Below are positions 13,910 to 25,128 of a DNA stretch of 64,000 bases, piece by piece (the first letter of the stretch is position 1; every line of letters starts with the position of its first letter). The translations under genes and the position numbers were made by a program. The DNA comes from Octopus sinensis (Eukaryota): positions 13,061,579 through 13,125,578 of the forward strand of contig NC_043026.1 of the NCBI RefSeq assembly GCF_006345805.1, in the 5' to 3' direction. The notes under the pieces are model-generated. The model had not been told where the DNA came from, searched no databases, and saw only the letters and a program-made list of their open reading frames with translations.

Positions 13910-15574
13910 TTAATTAAAAATAGGTGATAAACGAGGCTTTTGTCCCGTGTGGCTTCGTTTGTGGATAACAAGACTAGAACTCTGAGTAAAAGATTTTCCA
14001 CAGATTTCACAGTGGAATGGTTTTTCCCCCGTATGGATCTGTATGTGAATTTTTAGTACACTTTTACGGACAAATGATTTCATACATATTTCACACTTGA
14101 ATGGTTTCTCCCCCGTATGGCCACGTATGTGTCTTGCAAGGTCATGATTGCTTATAAATGATTTCCGGCATATTTCACAGCTGAACGGTTTCTCATCAGA
14201 GTGGATTCTTTTGTGAGCTGTTAGTACACTTTTAGAAACAAATGATTTTGCACATATTTCACACTTGAATGGCTTTTCCCCAGAATGGCCACGTGTGTGT
14301 CTTGCAAGGTCATAATTGCTTATAAATGATTTCTCACAGATCTCACAATGAAACAGTCTTTCTCCAGAGTGGGTTCTTTTGTGAAATGTTAGCCCACTTT
14401 TACACACAAAGGATTTTGGACATATTTCACACTTGAATGGTTTTTCCTTGGTGTGACAAAGAGAATGTACTGCAAGATGAGAATTGCTTATAAAAGATTT
14501 TCCACATATTTCACAGTGGAAAGGTTTCTCCCCAGAGTGGATTTTTCTGTGAGTTGTAAGTACATTTCTCCAGGCAAATGATTTATCACATATTTCACAC
14601 TTGAATGGTTTCTCCCCAGTGTGACTACGTGTGTGTAGAACAAGATCAGAATTGTAAATAAAAGATTTTCCGCATACTTCACAGCTGAACGGTCTCTCTC
14701 CACTATGGACTTTTTTGTGAGTTGTTAGCCCACTTTTAGAAACAAATGATTTTGGACATATTTCACACTTGAATGGTTTTTCCTCGGTGTGACAAAGAGA
14801 ATGTACCACAAGATGAGAATTCTTAGTAAATGATTTCCGACATATTTCACAGCTGAATGGTTTCTCCCCAGTATGGATTTTCGTGTGAGTTGTAAGTACA
14901 TTTTTCCAGGCAAAAGATTTACCACATATTTCACACTTGAATGGTTTTTCTCCAGTGTGAGTAGGCATGTGTACTGCAAGGTTAGGATTGCTTATAAATG
15001 ATTTACCACAGATTTCACACTTGAATGGTTTCTCCCCAGTGTGACGACGTGTGTGTACTGAAAGTTCAGAATTTCTAAGATATGATTTCCCACAGATCTC
15101 ACAACTGAAGGGTTTCTCATCAGAGTGGATCCTTTTATGTCTGTTTAAGACACTGTTACAGACAAATGATTTTGTACATATTTCACACTTGAATGGTTTT
15201 TCCCCAGTGTGACGACGTGTGTGTATTGCAAGATGAGAATTGCAAAGAAACGATTTTCCACAGATCTCACAATGGAACAGTCTTGCTCCAGTGTGTATCC
15301 GTTTGTGTTTCGTTAAAGACATCTCAGAGACAAAATTCTTTCCCACATATTTCACAATTATAGCTTTTTCCTTATTGTGTATTTCTTTGTGTTTAAAGAC
15401 TTCTTGCTCCGAAGGAATGTCTTCCTACAAACATCACATTTATATTCGGTGATATTTCCCTGTCTCGATCTTTCTTAGTAAATACTTCACCATAACAGTT
15501 TTCTCATCCCCGTCTGTCTCTCTATCTGTATCTGTATCGTTCAAAACATTGTTCCAAGTGATCAACGTTCCCAT
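13910..15574 (-). CDS. C2H2 zinc-finger protein ZNF-2 (about 18 fingers); 5' end frameshifted in this sequence
   Basis: ORF 13910-15355 holds 16 complete fingers plus a partial one. 15300-15600 aligns to the ZNF-1 N-terminus except for several 1-2-nt indels, which places the homologous ATG at 15574. Confidence 0.85.
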
Positions 15575-15812
15575 ATTATTCTTGAGCAATTCTTAAAAAG
15601 CTGACAAACGTCTGTGAGTTAATTTATTGTGGTTCAATTTCTTGTCTTAGATATCACAGTCCTCCGTTTACAAGTGTGCAACAGATGCAATGTAGATGTA
15701 TTTCCTACTCACCAGTAGAATGTTTGTTATAAAGTCCAAATGAAAAGTGAAGAAGGTTGAAGAAAGTTCGCTGATTGATTTGTTGTTCATTAAAAGCCAT
15801 TTCCTCCTTTTC

Positions 15813-16904
15813 TGTAAAATAGGGGAAAACCAATTAACGATTTAAAGCTGTGATGAAACGAAATATTTAATCATGAAGGTGATGGAACACCGACCCTCAA
15901 ACTTGTTCGTTGCCCTGTCTTATCCACAAACATTAACGTTCACCTAATCATGAGATAATTACAATATATAATATAATTAGCTCAAATTATTAGAATCACA
16001 AAAGCACATTTTCCCCCACGTTTGAATGACAGCGGTGACAAAAATAAAAATCCCCACTCAAAAATGAAAATCGGGTTAGAATATAGTTTTCAAGTAGCAA
16101 TGACTACTTTTGGGATATTATATGAATGTGTTCAAGGGGAACTGCTGGCTTGAAGGGTGTCGCGGAAAGGGCTGGTTGCCGGTCCAATCTTCCGAGGTTC
16201 CCAGAATAGAGAGGGAGAGGAAAGAAGAAATGGAAATGAGGAATATTTACATGGAAAAAAAGGTCCGTTGTGAAATGGGGCGTTGTTCTTTTTCGCTAAA
16301 TGACTTTCTACAAATTCTTCATCTCGTCGAGTCAAACATAAAGAAGTCGGGTATATTTTTTTGCTGTTGGTTGTACATTCTTCAAAATAACATATGCAGG
16401 AAACCTACGATAAAATACGTTCCAACCGCGACTTGTTTTGTTAGGATTTAAAAAATATAATTACGACTACCTTTATGCCTTTGTTAAAGCAGAAAGGGAG
16501 AATTTGAAGGAGGTGTGGTTGTTGTTTCTAGAAAATCGGAAGACCACGAAGAGACCCGCTCCTTTGTACGTTATAGCTTTTGTGTTGTTCAATACAATTA
16601 AAGATGAAAATTATTATAATTGAAGGTGTACCTGGCTGTTATATTATTGGGAACTTTTAACATATGTCACCGGTATGATTGAAACGAAAGAAGCATTTAT
16701 TAACGACACCGTCTGCTGTGTTTGGTTTTAATTAGTGTAATTATATCATATGTGGTAATTACCTCATGTTAAGGTGCACGTTAATGTTTATGGACAACAC
16801 AGGGCGACCTACGTGTTTGAGGGTCGGTGTTCCATCTCCTCCGTCGTTAATTATTTCATTTGATCACAGCTTTGCATCGTTAATTGGTTTTTCCCTATTT
16901 TACA
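15813..16904. promoter_or_regulatory. Head-to-head interval between ZNF-2 and ZNF-3; candidate bidirectional promoter with 5'-UTR introns
   Basis: Conserved acceptor ttccctattttacag at 15812(-), 16905(+), 4205(-), 20883(+) and 28733(+). Donor-like GTGAGT/GTAAGT lies about 100 nt after it in ZNF-1, -2, -3 and -5. 15820-16060 and 16660-16900 are inverted homologues. Confidence 0.5.
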
Positions 16905-17151
16905 GAAAAGGGGGAAATGACTTTTAATTAACAACAATTCGGTCAATGAACTTTCTTCAGCCTTCTCCACACTTCATTTGGACTTTATACCAAACATTCT
17001 ACTGGTGAGTAGAAAATATATCTACGTTATGTCTGTTCCACACTTGTAAACAAAGATCTGTGATGTCTGAGACAAGGAATTGAACCACAATAGATTAACT
17101 CACAGACGTCTGTCAGCTTTTTTTTTTTTAAAGAATTGCTCAAGAATTAAC

Positions 17152-18450
17152 ATGGAGAACGTTGATGATTTGGACACTTCAAGCACAACTGTTTTTAGCA
17201 ATATAGATACAGTTAGTGGAACAGACCGACATCAGAAAGCCGCTGACAAAAACATTCCTGAATATCGCTGTGAGATTTGTAGAAAGACATTCTCTTCAGA
17301 AGATGAAGTCGTCACACACAAAGAAATACACAAGAAGGAAAAACTGTTCCATTGTGATATCTGTGGGAAAGCTTTCACCCGGAATTCTCATGTTGTAGTT
17401 CACAAACGTAGTCACACGGGAGAAAAACCATTCCATTGCGAAATATGTGAGAAGTCTTTTGTTTCTAATAGCGTCCTAGCAACACACAAACGGATCCACA
17501 CGGGAGAGAAACCCTATCATTGTGAAATCTGCGGGAAATCTTTTGTCTCAAATAGTGATTTAACGATCCACAAACGGATCCATAGTGGGGAAAAGCCGTA
17601 TCACTGTGAAATCTGTGGGAAAAGATTTGTTAATAATAGTAATTTAACGACGCACAGAAGTATTCACGTTGGGGAATCGCCCTATTATTGTGAAATATGT
17701 AGGAAATATTTCGTGAAGAGTAGTAATTTAACGAGACATAAACGAATTCACTCTGGAGAAAAACCGTTCCACTGTGACATATGTGAGAAATCTTTCTCTG
17801 ATAAATCTAGTCTTGCGTTCCATGAAAGACAACACTCTGGAGAAAAACCATATCGTTGTGAAATTTGTTCAAAATCGTTCTCTCAGAAATCTAGGCTTGT
17901 AGTTCATGAAAGACTACACACAGGAATAAAACCTTATCATTGTCAAATATGTGAAAAATATTTTGTCTCAAATATTGGTCTCAAAAAACACTTAAGAATA
18001 CACACGGGGGTAAACCCTTTCAGCTGCGAAATATGTGGAAAGTCTTTCACGCAAAATTCTAGTCTTCAAATACACAAGCTTAATCACATAGGAGAAAAAC
18101 CTTTTCATTGTGATATATGTGGGAAGTCTTTCAGTCAAAATTCTAGCCTTCATATCCACAAACGTAGTCACACTGGGGTAAAGCCTTATCGCTGTGACAT
18201 ATGTGGGAAGTCTTTCACGCAAAATTCTAGCCTTCATATCCACAAACGTAGTCACACGGGAGAGAAACCTTACCATTGCGAAATCTGTGGGACATGGTTT
18301 GTGTCTAGCAGTGACTTAACAAGGCACATACGGATCCACACGGGGGAAAAACCTTTTCACTGTGAAGTCTGTGGAAAATCCTTTTCTCAGAGTTCTAGTG
18401 TTGTTATCCACAAACGAAGCCACACGGGACGAAAGACATTATTATCGTAA
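17152..18450 (+). CDS. C2H2 zinc-finger protein ZNF-3, 432 aa, 14 fingers
   Basis: Start set at the MENVDDLD ATG (17152) by homology with paralogues; the listed TTG start at 17080 is upstream read-through. Confidence 0.93.
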   Translation: MENVDDLDTSSTTVFSNIDTVSGTDRHQKAADKNIPEYRCEICRKTFSSEDEVVTHKEIHKKEKLFHCDICGKAFTRNSHVVVHKRSHTGEKPFHCEICEKSFVSNSVLATHKRIHTGEKPYHCEICGKSFVSNSDLTIHKRIHSGEKPYHCEICGKRFVNNSNLTTHRSIHVGESPYYCEICRKYFVKSSNLTRHKRIHSGEKPFHCDICEKSFSDKSSLAFHERQHSGEKPYRCEICSKSFSQKSRLVVHERLHTGIKPYHCQICEKYFVSNIGLKKHLRIHTGVNPFSCEICGKSFTQNSSLQIHKLNHIGEKPFHCDICGKSFSQNSSLHIHKRSHTGVKPYRCDICGKSFTQNSSLHIHKRSHTGEKPYHCEICGTWFVSSSDLTRHIRIHTGEKPFHCEVCGKSFSQSSSVVIHKRSHTGRKTLLS

Positions 18451-18639
18451 AAAATGGAGGAAATTGTTTGTCAGGTGTAGCAAAATGGCAAAACACAAAA
18501 GGGTTCACCCTGGATGGAAACATTTTCAGTTGTAAAACATAATAAATGCATTTTTTTTTGAGAACATTTTATGATAATGAAATTGTGTTAGAAATCATTT
18601 TCTTTATCTGAAATAAGATCTGTTCACCGTTCTGTTTTG

Positions 18640-18940
18640 TAGAGGCACATGGCCTAGCGGTTAGAGCAGCGGACTCGCGGTCGAGGGATCACGGGTTCGA
18701 ATCTCAGACCAGACGATGTGTGTGTGTTTATGAGCGAAACACCTAAGCTCCACGCGGCTCCGGCAGAAGGTAATGGCGAAACCTCTGCTGACTCTTTCGC
18801 CACAACTTTCTTCCACTCTTTCCTCCTGCTTCTTGCAGCTCACCTGCGACTGACCGGCGTCCCGTCCAGGTGGGGAACCTATACGCCAAGGAAACCGGGA
18901 AACCGGCCCTTATGAGCCAGGAATGGCTCGAGAAGGTACT
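18640..18940 (+). mobile_element. tRNA-derived SINE with V-domain-like core
   Basis: tRNA-like head (ggttcgaatctc) followed by ctgcgactgaccggcgtcccgtccagg, resembling the V-SINE core; related copy on - at 47365-47597. Confidence 0.55.
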
Positions 18941-19023
18941 TAGAGGATTTTTATTTCAAATATTCACAAAATTTTTACAAAATATTTAAATTGACAAAAA
19001 AAAATATTTCATCACAAATTTCA

Positions 19024-19077
<54 letters not shown>

Positions 19078-19930
19078 AATAAATGGAGTTGAACAAAGAC
19101 GTTTATTATACTCTCTTTACATTCGACACATGTTTCGAAGACAACATGGTTTTATTCCAAATTGTTTTCAGAGTTGGTTTTCTATTTTCTTTTCTTTTTT
19201 TTTTATTACAAGTGAAAAAACCAACGGTAAAATACGTTCCTCCCGTAACCATTTTATTCGGATGTCTTTTCATTTTCGTGTTTATTTACAAGTGCCCTAT
19301 AAAACACCTCCTTGCCTTTATCAAGACAGAATCGTATGATTTGAAGGAGACTTGGCTGTTATTTCTAGAAGATCGAAAGACCACACAGAGACCCACTCCT
19401 TCGTAAGTAACTGTATTCGTGCAGCGTGATGATACTGGATACAAGTAAAAGAAATTTCTCTCTGTGCTATAATATATTGAGAACTTATAAACGTACGTCA
19501 CCGGTTTCATCGAAACAAGGGAAATAATTATTAACGACACCGTATAACCGTGTTTTCTGGTTAATTGATCTGATCTAATTATGTCATGTCTTGTAATTAT
19601 CTCGGTAATGTTTGTGGATAAGATAGGGCGACGGACATATTTCAGGGACGGTGCCCCTTCATGGCTTTAGATCGTTCATTGACCCGCCTGATTTCCTCTC
19701 GAAAGAAGGTAAGAATCGTTTTCTCATTGTAGTTGCAATTGCGAGGCTGAAAGGGTTAGGGTCGGGCAATTTCATCTCTGGCCCTGAATTGGTGAATTAC
19801 TTCACCTTTCACCTTCAAAGGAAAATAGGGCGATCCTTCGGTACAGGTACCGTAAGTACAGGAAGTGGCTTTGTTTACATATCTGAAGATAACAGAAACC
19901 CTTTTCTCCCCACCCCTAACCCTAACCCCC

Positions 19931-19980
<50 letters not shown>

Positions 19981-20082
19981 ACTTTCTTGAAATGTATACG
20001 GTACTTTCGGTACCTATACCGAAGGATCGCCTTATTTGCTCTTTTACTTGTTTCAGTAATTTATTATGTTATAGTATTGCTC

Positions 20083-20459
20083 TTTTACTCTTTTACTTGT
20101 TTCAGTCATCTGACTGCGGCCATGCTGGAGCACCGCCTTTAATCGAGCAACTCGACCCCGGGACTTATTCTTTTGTAAGCCCAGTACTTATTCTATCGGT
20201 CTCTTTTGCCGAACCGCTAAGTGACAGGGACGTAAACACACCAGCATCGGTTGTCAAGCAATGCTAGTGGGGACAAACACACACACACATATATATATAT
20301 ATACATATATACGACGGGCTTCTTTGAGTTTCTGTCTACAAAATCCACACATAAGGCTCTGGTCGGCCCGAGGCTATAGCAGAAGACACTTGCCCAAGGT
20401 GCCACGCAGTGGGACTGAACCCGGAGCCATGTGGCTGGTAAGCAAGCTACTTACCACAC
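20083..20459 (-). mobile_element. SINE family A
   Basis: Reverse complement of family A from tail to ...ttaccacac. Confidence 0.8.
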
Positions 20460-20998
20460 AATATATAAAAAAACACTTTCTTGAAATGTATCCGGTACTT
20501 TCGGTACCTATACCGAAGTTACGCCGAAAATAGGGCTAGAGAGAAAATGCCTGAATGTGAAAATGTTTGAAGATCGATGGAAGAATGTAGCACGGATGTT
20601 GCGTGTGGATGGAACCTCATGAATGCGACACAGGATGTAACTCGGGTATCAGTGGCGAGGCGGGACTCGTGGGGTCCGAATTAACCCTCCATCCGTAATC
20701 TCTTCTAGTCTGTCTTATCGTTCGATTTCATTATATTTTCGTATTTGTGTGAAATTTTTAATGTCATCTTTTTGTATAATCATTCGTTCATCTGACCCCA
20801 AAATCAGATTGTATTGGCCCCTTGTGGGTAATAAAAAAAAAATCTGGCTTTAGATCATTAATTGGTTGTTCCCTATTTTACAGGACAGGGGAAATGACCT
20901 AATCAACAGTGACTTAATCAAGGAACTTTCCTCATCCGTCTTCACTTTTCAAATTCGCAGACATTTGTCAGCTTTTTAAGAATTGCTCAGAAATTAAT

Positions 20999-23113
20999 AT
21001 GGAGAACGTTAATCATTTGGACATTTTTACCACAACTGTTTTTAACAATATGGATAAAGTTAGAATGAAGGTCGGAGGTGAGAAAGATGAAGACAAAAAT
21101 GTTCCTGAATATCACAGCGAGATTTGTCGGAAGGCATTCCCTCTCGAACGCAAAGACTTCACACACAAAGAAGTACATAGTAAGGAAAACTTGTTTCATT
21201 GTGAAATATGTGAGAAACCCTTTCTTAGAAACACCAGTCTTGTGGATCACGAATGTAGTCACGTCGGTGAAAAGTGTTTTGACTGTGAAATTTGTGAGAA
21301 ACCCTTTCTTAGAAACACCAGTCTTGTGGATCATGAATGTAGTCACGTCGGTGAAAAACGTTTTGACTGTGAAATTTGTGAGAAACCCTTTCTTAGAAAC
21401 ACCAGTCTTGTGGATCACGAACGTAGTCACGTCGGTGAAAAACGTTTTGACTGTGAAATTTGTGAGAAACCCTTTCTTAGAAACACCAGTCTTGTGGATC
21501 ACGAACGTAGTCACGTCGGTGAAAAACGTTTTGACTGTGAAATTTGTGAGAAACCCTTTCTTAGAAACACCAGTCTTGTGGATCACGAATGTAGTCACGT
21601 CGGTGAAAAGTGTTTTGACTGTGAAATTTGTGAGAAACCCTTTCTTAGAAACACCAGTCTTGTGGATCACGAACGTAGTCACGTCGGTGAAAAACGTTTT
21701 GACTGTGAAATTTGTGAGAAACCCTTTCTTAGAAACACCAGTCTTGTGGATCACGAATGTAGTCACGTCGGTGAAAAACGTTTTGACTGTGCAATTTGTG
21801 AGAAACCCTTTCTTAGAAACACCAGTCTTGTGGATCACGAATGTAGTCACGTCGGTGAAAAACGTTTTGACTGTGCAATTTGTGAGAAACCCTTTCTTAG
21901 AAACACCAGTCTTGTGGATCACGAATGTAGTCACGTCGGTGAAAAGCGTTTTGACTGTGCAATTTGTGAGAAACCCTTTCTTAGAAACACCAGTCTTGTG
22001 GATCACGAATGTAGTCACGTCGGTGAAAAACGTTTTGACTGTGAAATTTGTGAGAAATCTTGTGCTCGGGATGCTTATCTTGTTCACAGCCGTTGTCACA
22101 CCGGAAGAAAATCATCCCAGTGCGAAAAGTGTGACAAATCTTTTGACCCAAACAGAGATTTAACAACAACGCACGTGAAAATATGCAATGAAGAAAAGCT
22201 ATTCCAATGTGAAATATGCGAAAAAATTTTTGGCTCTAGTAGCATCCTGGCAACGCACATACGAATACACACTGGTGAAAAACCGTTCCATTGTGAAATC
22301 TGTGGGAAATGTTTTGCTTATAAGCAACAACTTACGACACACAGTAGTCTACACACTGGGGAAAAACCTGAATGTGAAATATGTGGCAAATCTTTCTCTC
22401 GAAATGCTTATCTTATTGTTCATAAACGAAGCCACACCGGAGAAAGACCATTCCGATGTGAAATGTGTGAGAAATCTTTTGTTTCCAGTAGTTTGTTAAC
22501 AACACACAAAAGGGTACACACTGGGGAAAAGCCATTCCGATGTGAAGTATGTGAGAAATTTTTTGGTTCTTGTAGCGTCCTATCAAGACATAGAAAAGTA
22601 CACAGTGGGGAAAAACCGTTTAGATGTGAAATCTGTGGGAAAGGTTTTGCCTATAATTGTGACTTAAACAGACACGTAAGAGTCCATACAGGAGAGAGAC
22701 CATTCCATTGTGAAACTTGTGGTAAATCTTTCTCTGACAATTCTAGTCTTGCAAGCCACAGAAGTATGCACACCGGGATAAAACAGAATAACTGTGAGAC
22801 ATGTGGTAAATCTTTTCTTCATAAATCTCATCTTACAGTTCACAGACGCAGTCATACGGGAGAAAAGCCATTCCGGTGTGAGACATGTGGGAATTCTTTT
22901 GCTTCCGGTTACGTCCTGACGCAACACAAACGGACCCATACGGGAGAAAGACCATTCCATTGTGAGACATGTGGCAAATCATTCACTCAGAATTCTCATC
23001 TAATTGAGCACAAACGTCGACACACGGGAGAAAAACCATTCCAATGTGAAGTATGTGAGAAATATTTTGTGTCTTCTAGTAAATTAAAGAATCACAAAAG
23101 GATTCATTCTTGA
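20999..23113 (+). CDS. C2H2 zinc-finger protein ZNF-4, 704 aa: 10 near-identical fingers, 2 degenerate fingers, 11 diverse fingers
   Basis: Single ORF with MENVNHLD leader and finger consensus throughout. Confidence 0.93.
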   Translation: MENVNHLDIFTTTVFNNMDKVRMKVGGEKDEDKNVPEYHSEICRKAFPLERKDFTHKEVHSKENLFHCEICEKPFLRNTSLVDHECSHVGEKCFDCEICEKPFLRNTSLVDHECSHVGEKRFDCEICEKPFLRNTSLVDHERSHVGEKRFDCEICEKPFLRNTSLVDHERSHVGEKRFDCEICEKPFLRNTSLVDHECSHVGEKCFDCEICEKPFLRNTSLVDHERSHVGEKRFDCEICEKPFLRNTSLVDHECSHVGEKRFDCAICEKPFLRNTSLVDHECSHVGEKRFDCAICEKPFLRNTSLVDHECSHVGEKRFDCAICEKPFLRNTSLVDHECSHVGEKRFDCEICEKSCARDAYLVHSRCHTGRKSSQCEKCDKSFDPNRDLTTTHVKICNEEKLFQCEICEKIFGSSSILATHIRIHTGEKPFHCEICGKCFAYKQQLTTHSSLHTGEKPECEICGKSFSRNAYLIVHKRSHTGERPFRCEMCEKSFVSSSLLTTHKRVHTGEKPFRCEVCEKFFGSCSVLSRHRKVHSGEKPFRCEICGKGFAYNCDLNRHVRVHTGERPFHCETCGKSFSDNSSLASHRSMHTGIKQNNCETCGKSFLHKSHLTVHRRSHTGEKPFRCETCGNSFASGYVLTQHKRTHTGERPFHCETCGKSFTQNSHLIEHKRRHTGEKPFQCEVCEKYFVSSSKLKNHKRIHS
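21200..22057 (+). repeat. Coding 84-bp tandem repeat x10 (CEICEKPFLRNTSLVDHE[C/R]SHVGEK[R/C]FD)
   Basis: Exact 84-nt period with only a few variable sites per unit. Confidence 0.97.
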
Positions 23114-23184
23114 ATAAAAATTTTGGACTGTGAAATATGTAAATCCTTTCCCTTGGAAAACACTTTGTTTTATTTGTCATTTTA

Positions 23185-23998
23185 TTTCTTATCGCCCGGC
23201 GTTGCTCGGGTTTGTAAGGGAAAAACTATATAAGCATTTTTAGAGAGTTATAGCCAAAAAATAGCAAAAAAAATGCATTATTAAAAATGAAAAAAAAATG
23301 ATGGTAACTTTTTTTTTTAAATCGTTGACTCATCGTAGACATTTTAGAGAGTTACTTCCCTTATATAATAGCGAAAAAATGCATTAAAATGGAAAAAAAT
23401 TATGGTAAATTTTTTTTAAATCGTAGACTCATCGTAGACGCGCGCTAATACCCAGAAGTTATAGCCAAAAAAGCCAAAAAATGCATTAAAAATGGAAAAG
23501 AAATGATGGTAAATTTTTAAAAAATTGTTGACTCATCATAGACATTTTTAGAGAGTTACTTCCCTTATATAATAGCGAAAAAAATGCATTAAAATGGAAA
23601 AAAATTATGGTAAATTTTTTTTGAAATCGTAGACTCATCGTAGACGCGCGCTAATACCCAGAAGTTATAGCCAAAAAAGCAAAAAAGTGCATTAAATGGA
23701 AAAAAAAAAAATGGTAAATTTTTAAAAAATTGTTGACTCATCATAGACATTTTTAGAGAGTTACTTCCTTATATAATAGCGAAAAAAATGCATAAATGGA
23801 AAAAAAAAAAAAATGATGGTAAATTTTTTTTAGATCGTAGACTCATCGTAGATGTGTGCTAATACCCAGAAGGGCTCGATATGAATCACGACTATAAGAT
23901 ACCCGCTTTTGGTTAAACTGCACCGCAAAATGTGGGAGTAGTTAGGAATCTAAATCGTAAGAGACAGACACACAACTTGACTTTTATATATAAAGATA
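23185..23998 (+). mobile_element. Non-autonomous Helitron-like element with internal tandem repeats
   Basis: 5' hairpin cccggcgttgctcggg; repeated internal blocks (...ttgactcatcgtagac...gagagttac...); 3' end gacagacacacaac...ttttatatataaagat resembles Lep1-type Helitron ends; a similar end sits at about 25580-25607. Confidence 0.5.
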
Positions 23999-24445
23999 TA
24001 AAATATTTATGTATTTTGAAATTAAAATCTTCTAACTACAATTTTTGTTAGATTATATTTTTTAGTCACTTGATGTGTTTTTTTCCAGAAACAATTCACC
24101 ACAGAAAACATTTTATTAAAGTGTGACCACCCCCTTGCATTCTCTACTCATTTACTACCAAACAAGTCACTGCCCTTATCAGTTCCCTTCAAATCCAAGT
24201 TGTGGTGGGGAGTGTACTTCACAGAAACTCTGCCAGATCAAGATTGGAGTCTGGTGCAGCCATCTGGATCGCCAGTCCTCAGTCAAGTCATCCAACCCAT
24301 GCTAGCATGGAAGGCAGACGTTAAACGATGATGATACATATATATATATATATATATATTTACACCGGAGTAAACACATAAATGTGAAACAAGGTGGAAA
24401 AAAGAGTACTCGAATACCAGTGGTAGAGTAATATGCTTTATTTAA

Positions 24446-24666
24446 CCCTTTAGCATTTAAACCGGCCATATCCGCCCAACAGTATTCTGCCTGTTTTATG
24501 TTCAAACTAGCCAGATCTGGTCTCTCACACCAACCCTACAATATCGTTTTAAAAATCAACAGCTACCTCATCAAAATCTCATAGCTACAAGATAATGCAT
24601 GATTAGTTCCAAATAATGTGGATAAAAAAGCATTCATTTTGGCAGAATAATGTGAACAGTAAAGGG
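24446..24666. mobile_element. piggyBac-like MITE
   Basis: TTAA|CCCTTT...AAAGGG|TTAA (TTAA at 24442-24445 and 24667-24670). Confidence 0.75.
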
Positions 24667-24862
24667 TTAAAGCAGCAGAAAATTCAACAAAACCTGTTAC
24701 TCTGAGTTTCCCGTTGCCGTTCATCGGACAGTTTTTGCTAGAAAAAACTGTCTTATCTGTGATATCTAAGACAAGAAGAAACTTTTTTCTAGCAAAACTG
24801 TCCGACGAACGGCAACGGGAAAAACAGTAGTAACGGTTTGTTGAATTTTCTGCTGCTTTAAA
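24667..24862. repeat. Imperfect palindrome with about 80-bp arms (possibly Penelope-like pLTR inversion)
   Basis: agcagcagaaaattcaac...gctagaaaaaa pairs with ttttttctagc...gttgaattttctgctgct; the arms carry CCGA(C/T)GA-acggcaacgg-GAAA, loosely hammerhead-like. Confidence 0.55.
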
Positions 24863-25084
24863 TAAGTATATATATTTACATTTACATATATAAATATATG
24901 TATACTACATATATATATATATGTATACACATACATATAGATATCTACATACATATATATATATATATGTATACACATATACATATAGATATATAGATAT
25001 ATATATATATGTATACACATATACATATAGATATATAGATATATATATATATGCATACATATACATATAGATATATACATATAG

Positions 25085-25128
<44 letters not shown>

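Noticed and set aside
15300-15600. ZNF-2 as a true frameshifted pseudogene
   Set aside because: Several single-base indels, mostly in homopolymers, with almost no substitutions relative to ZNF-1 and an intact 481-codon downstream ORF look more like consensus error; reads are needed to decide.
16480-16565. Conserved 27-codon block upstream of ZNF-3/4/5 as a coding effector exon
   Set aside because: About 5 of 18 differences between the ZNF-3 and ZNF-4 copies are synonymous (near neutral expectation), and splicing to the conserved acceptors gives stops before the main ATG; treated as UTR.
21200-22057. CRISPR-like periodicity here and in the ~185-bp SINE arrays
   Set aside because: No unique spacers, eukaryotic context, no cas genes; the units are coding fingers or SINE bodies.
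20987-22163. 370-aa antisense and 361-aa alternative-frame ORFs overlapping ZNF-4
   Set aside because: By-product of a stop-free 84-bp unit repeated ten times; no independent coding signal.
23111-23160. A-to-I recoding of UGA stops to extend ZNF-4 or ZNF-1 into downstream finger remnants
   Set aside because: The downstream remnants lack the His pair or hit another stop within about 12 codons, so no functional finger would be gained.
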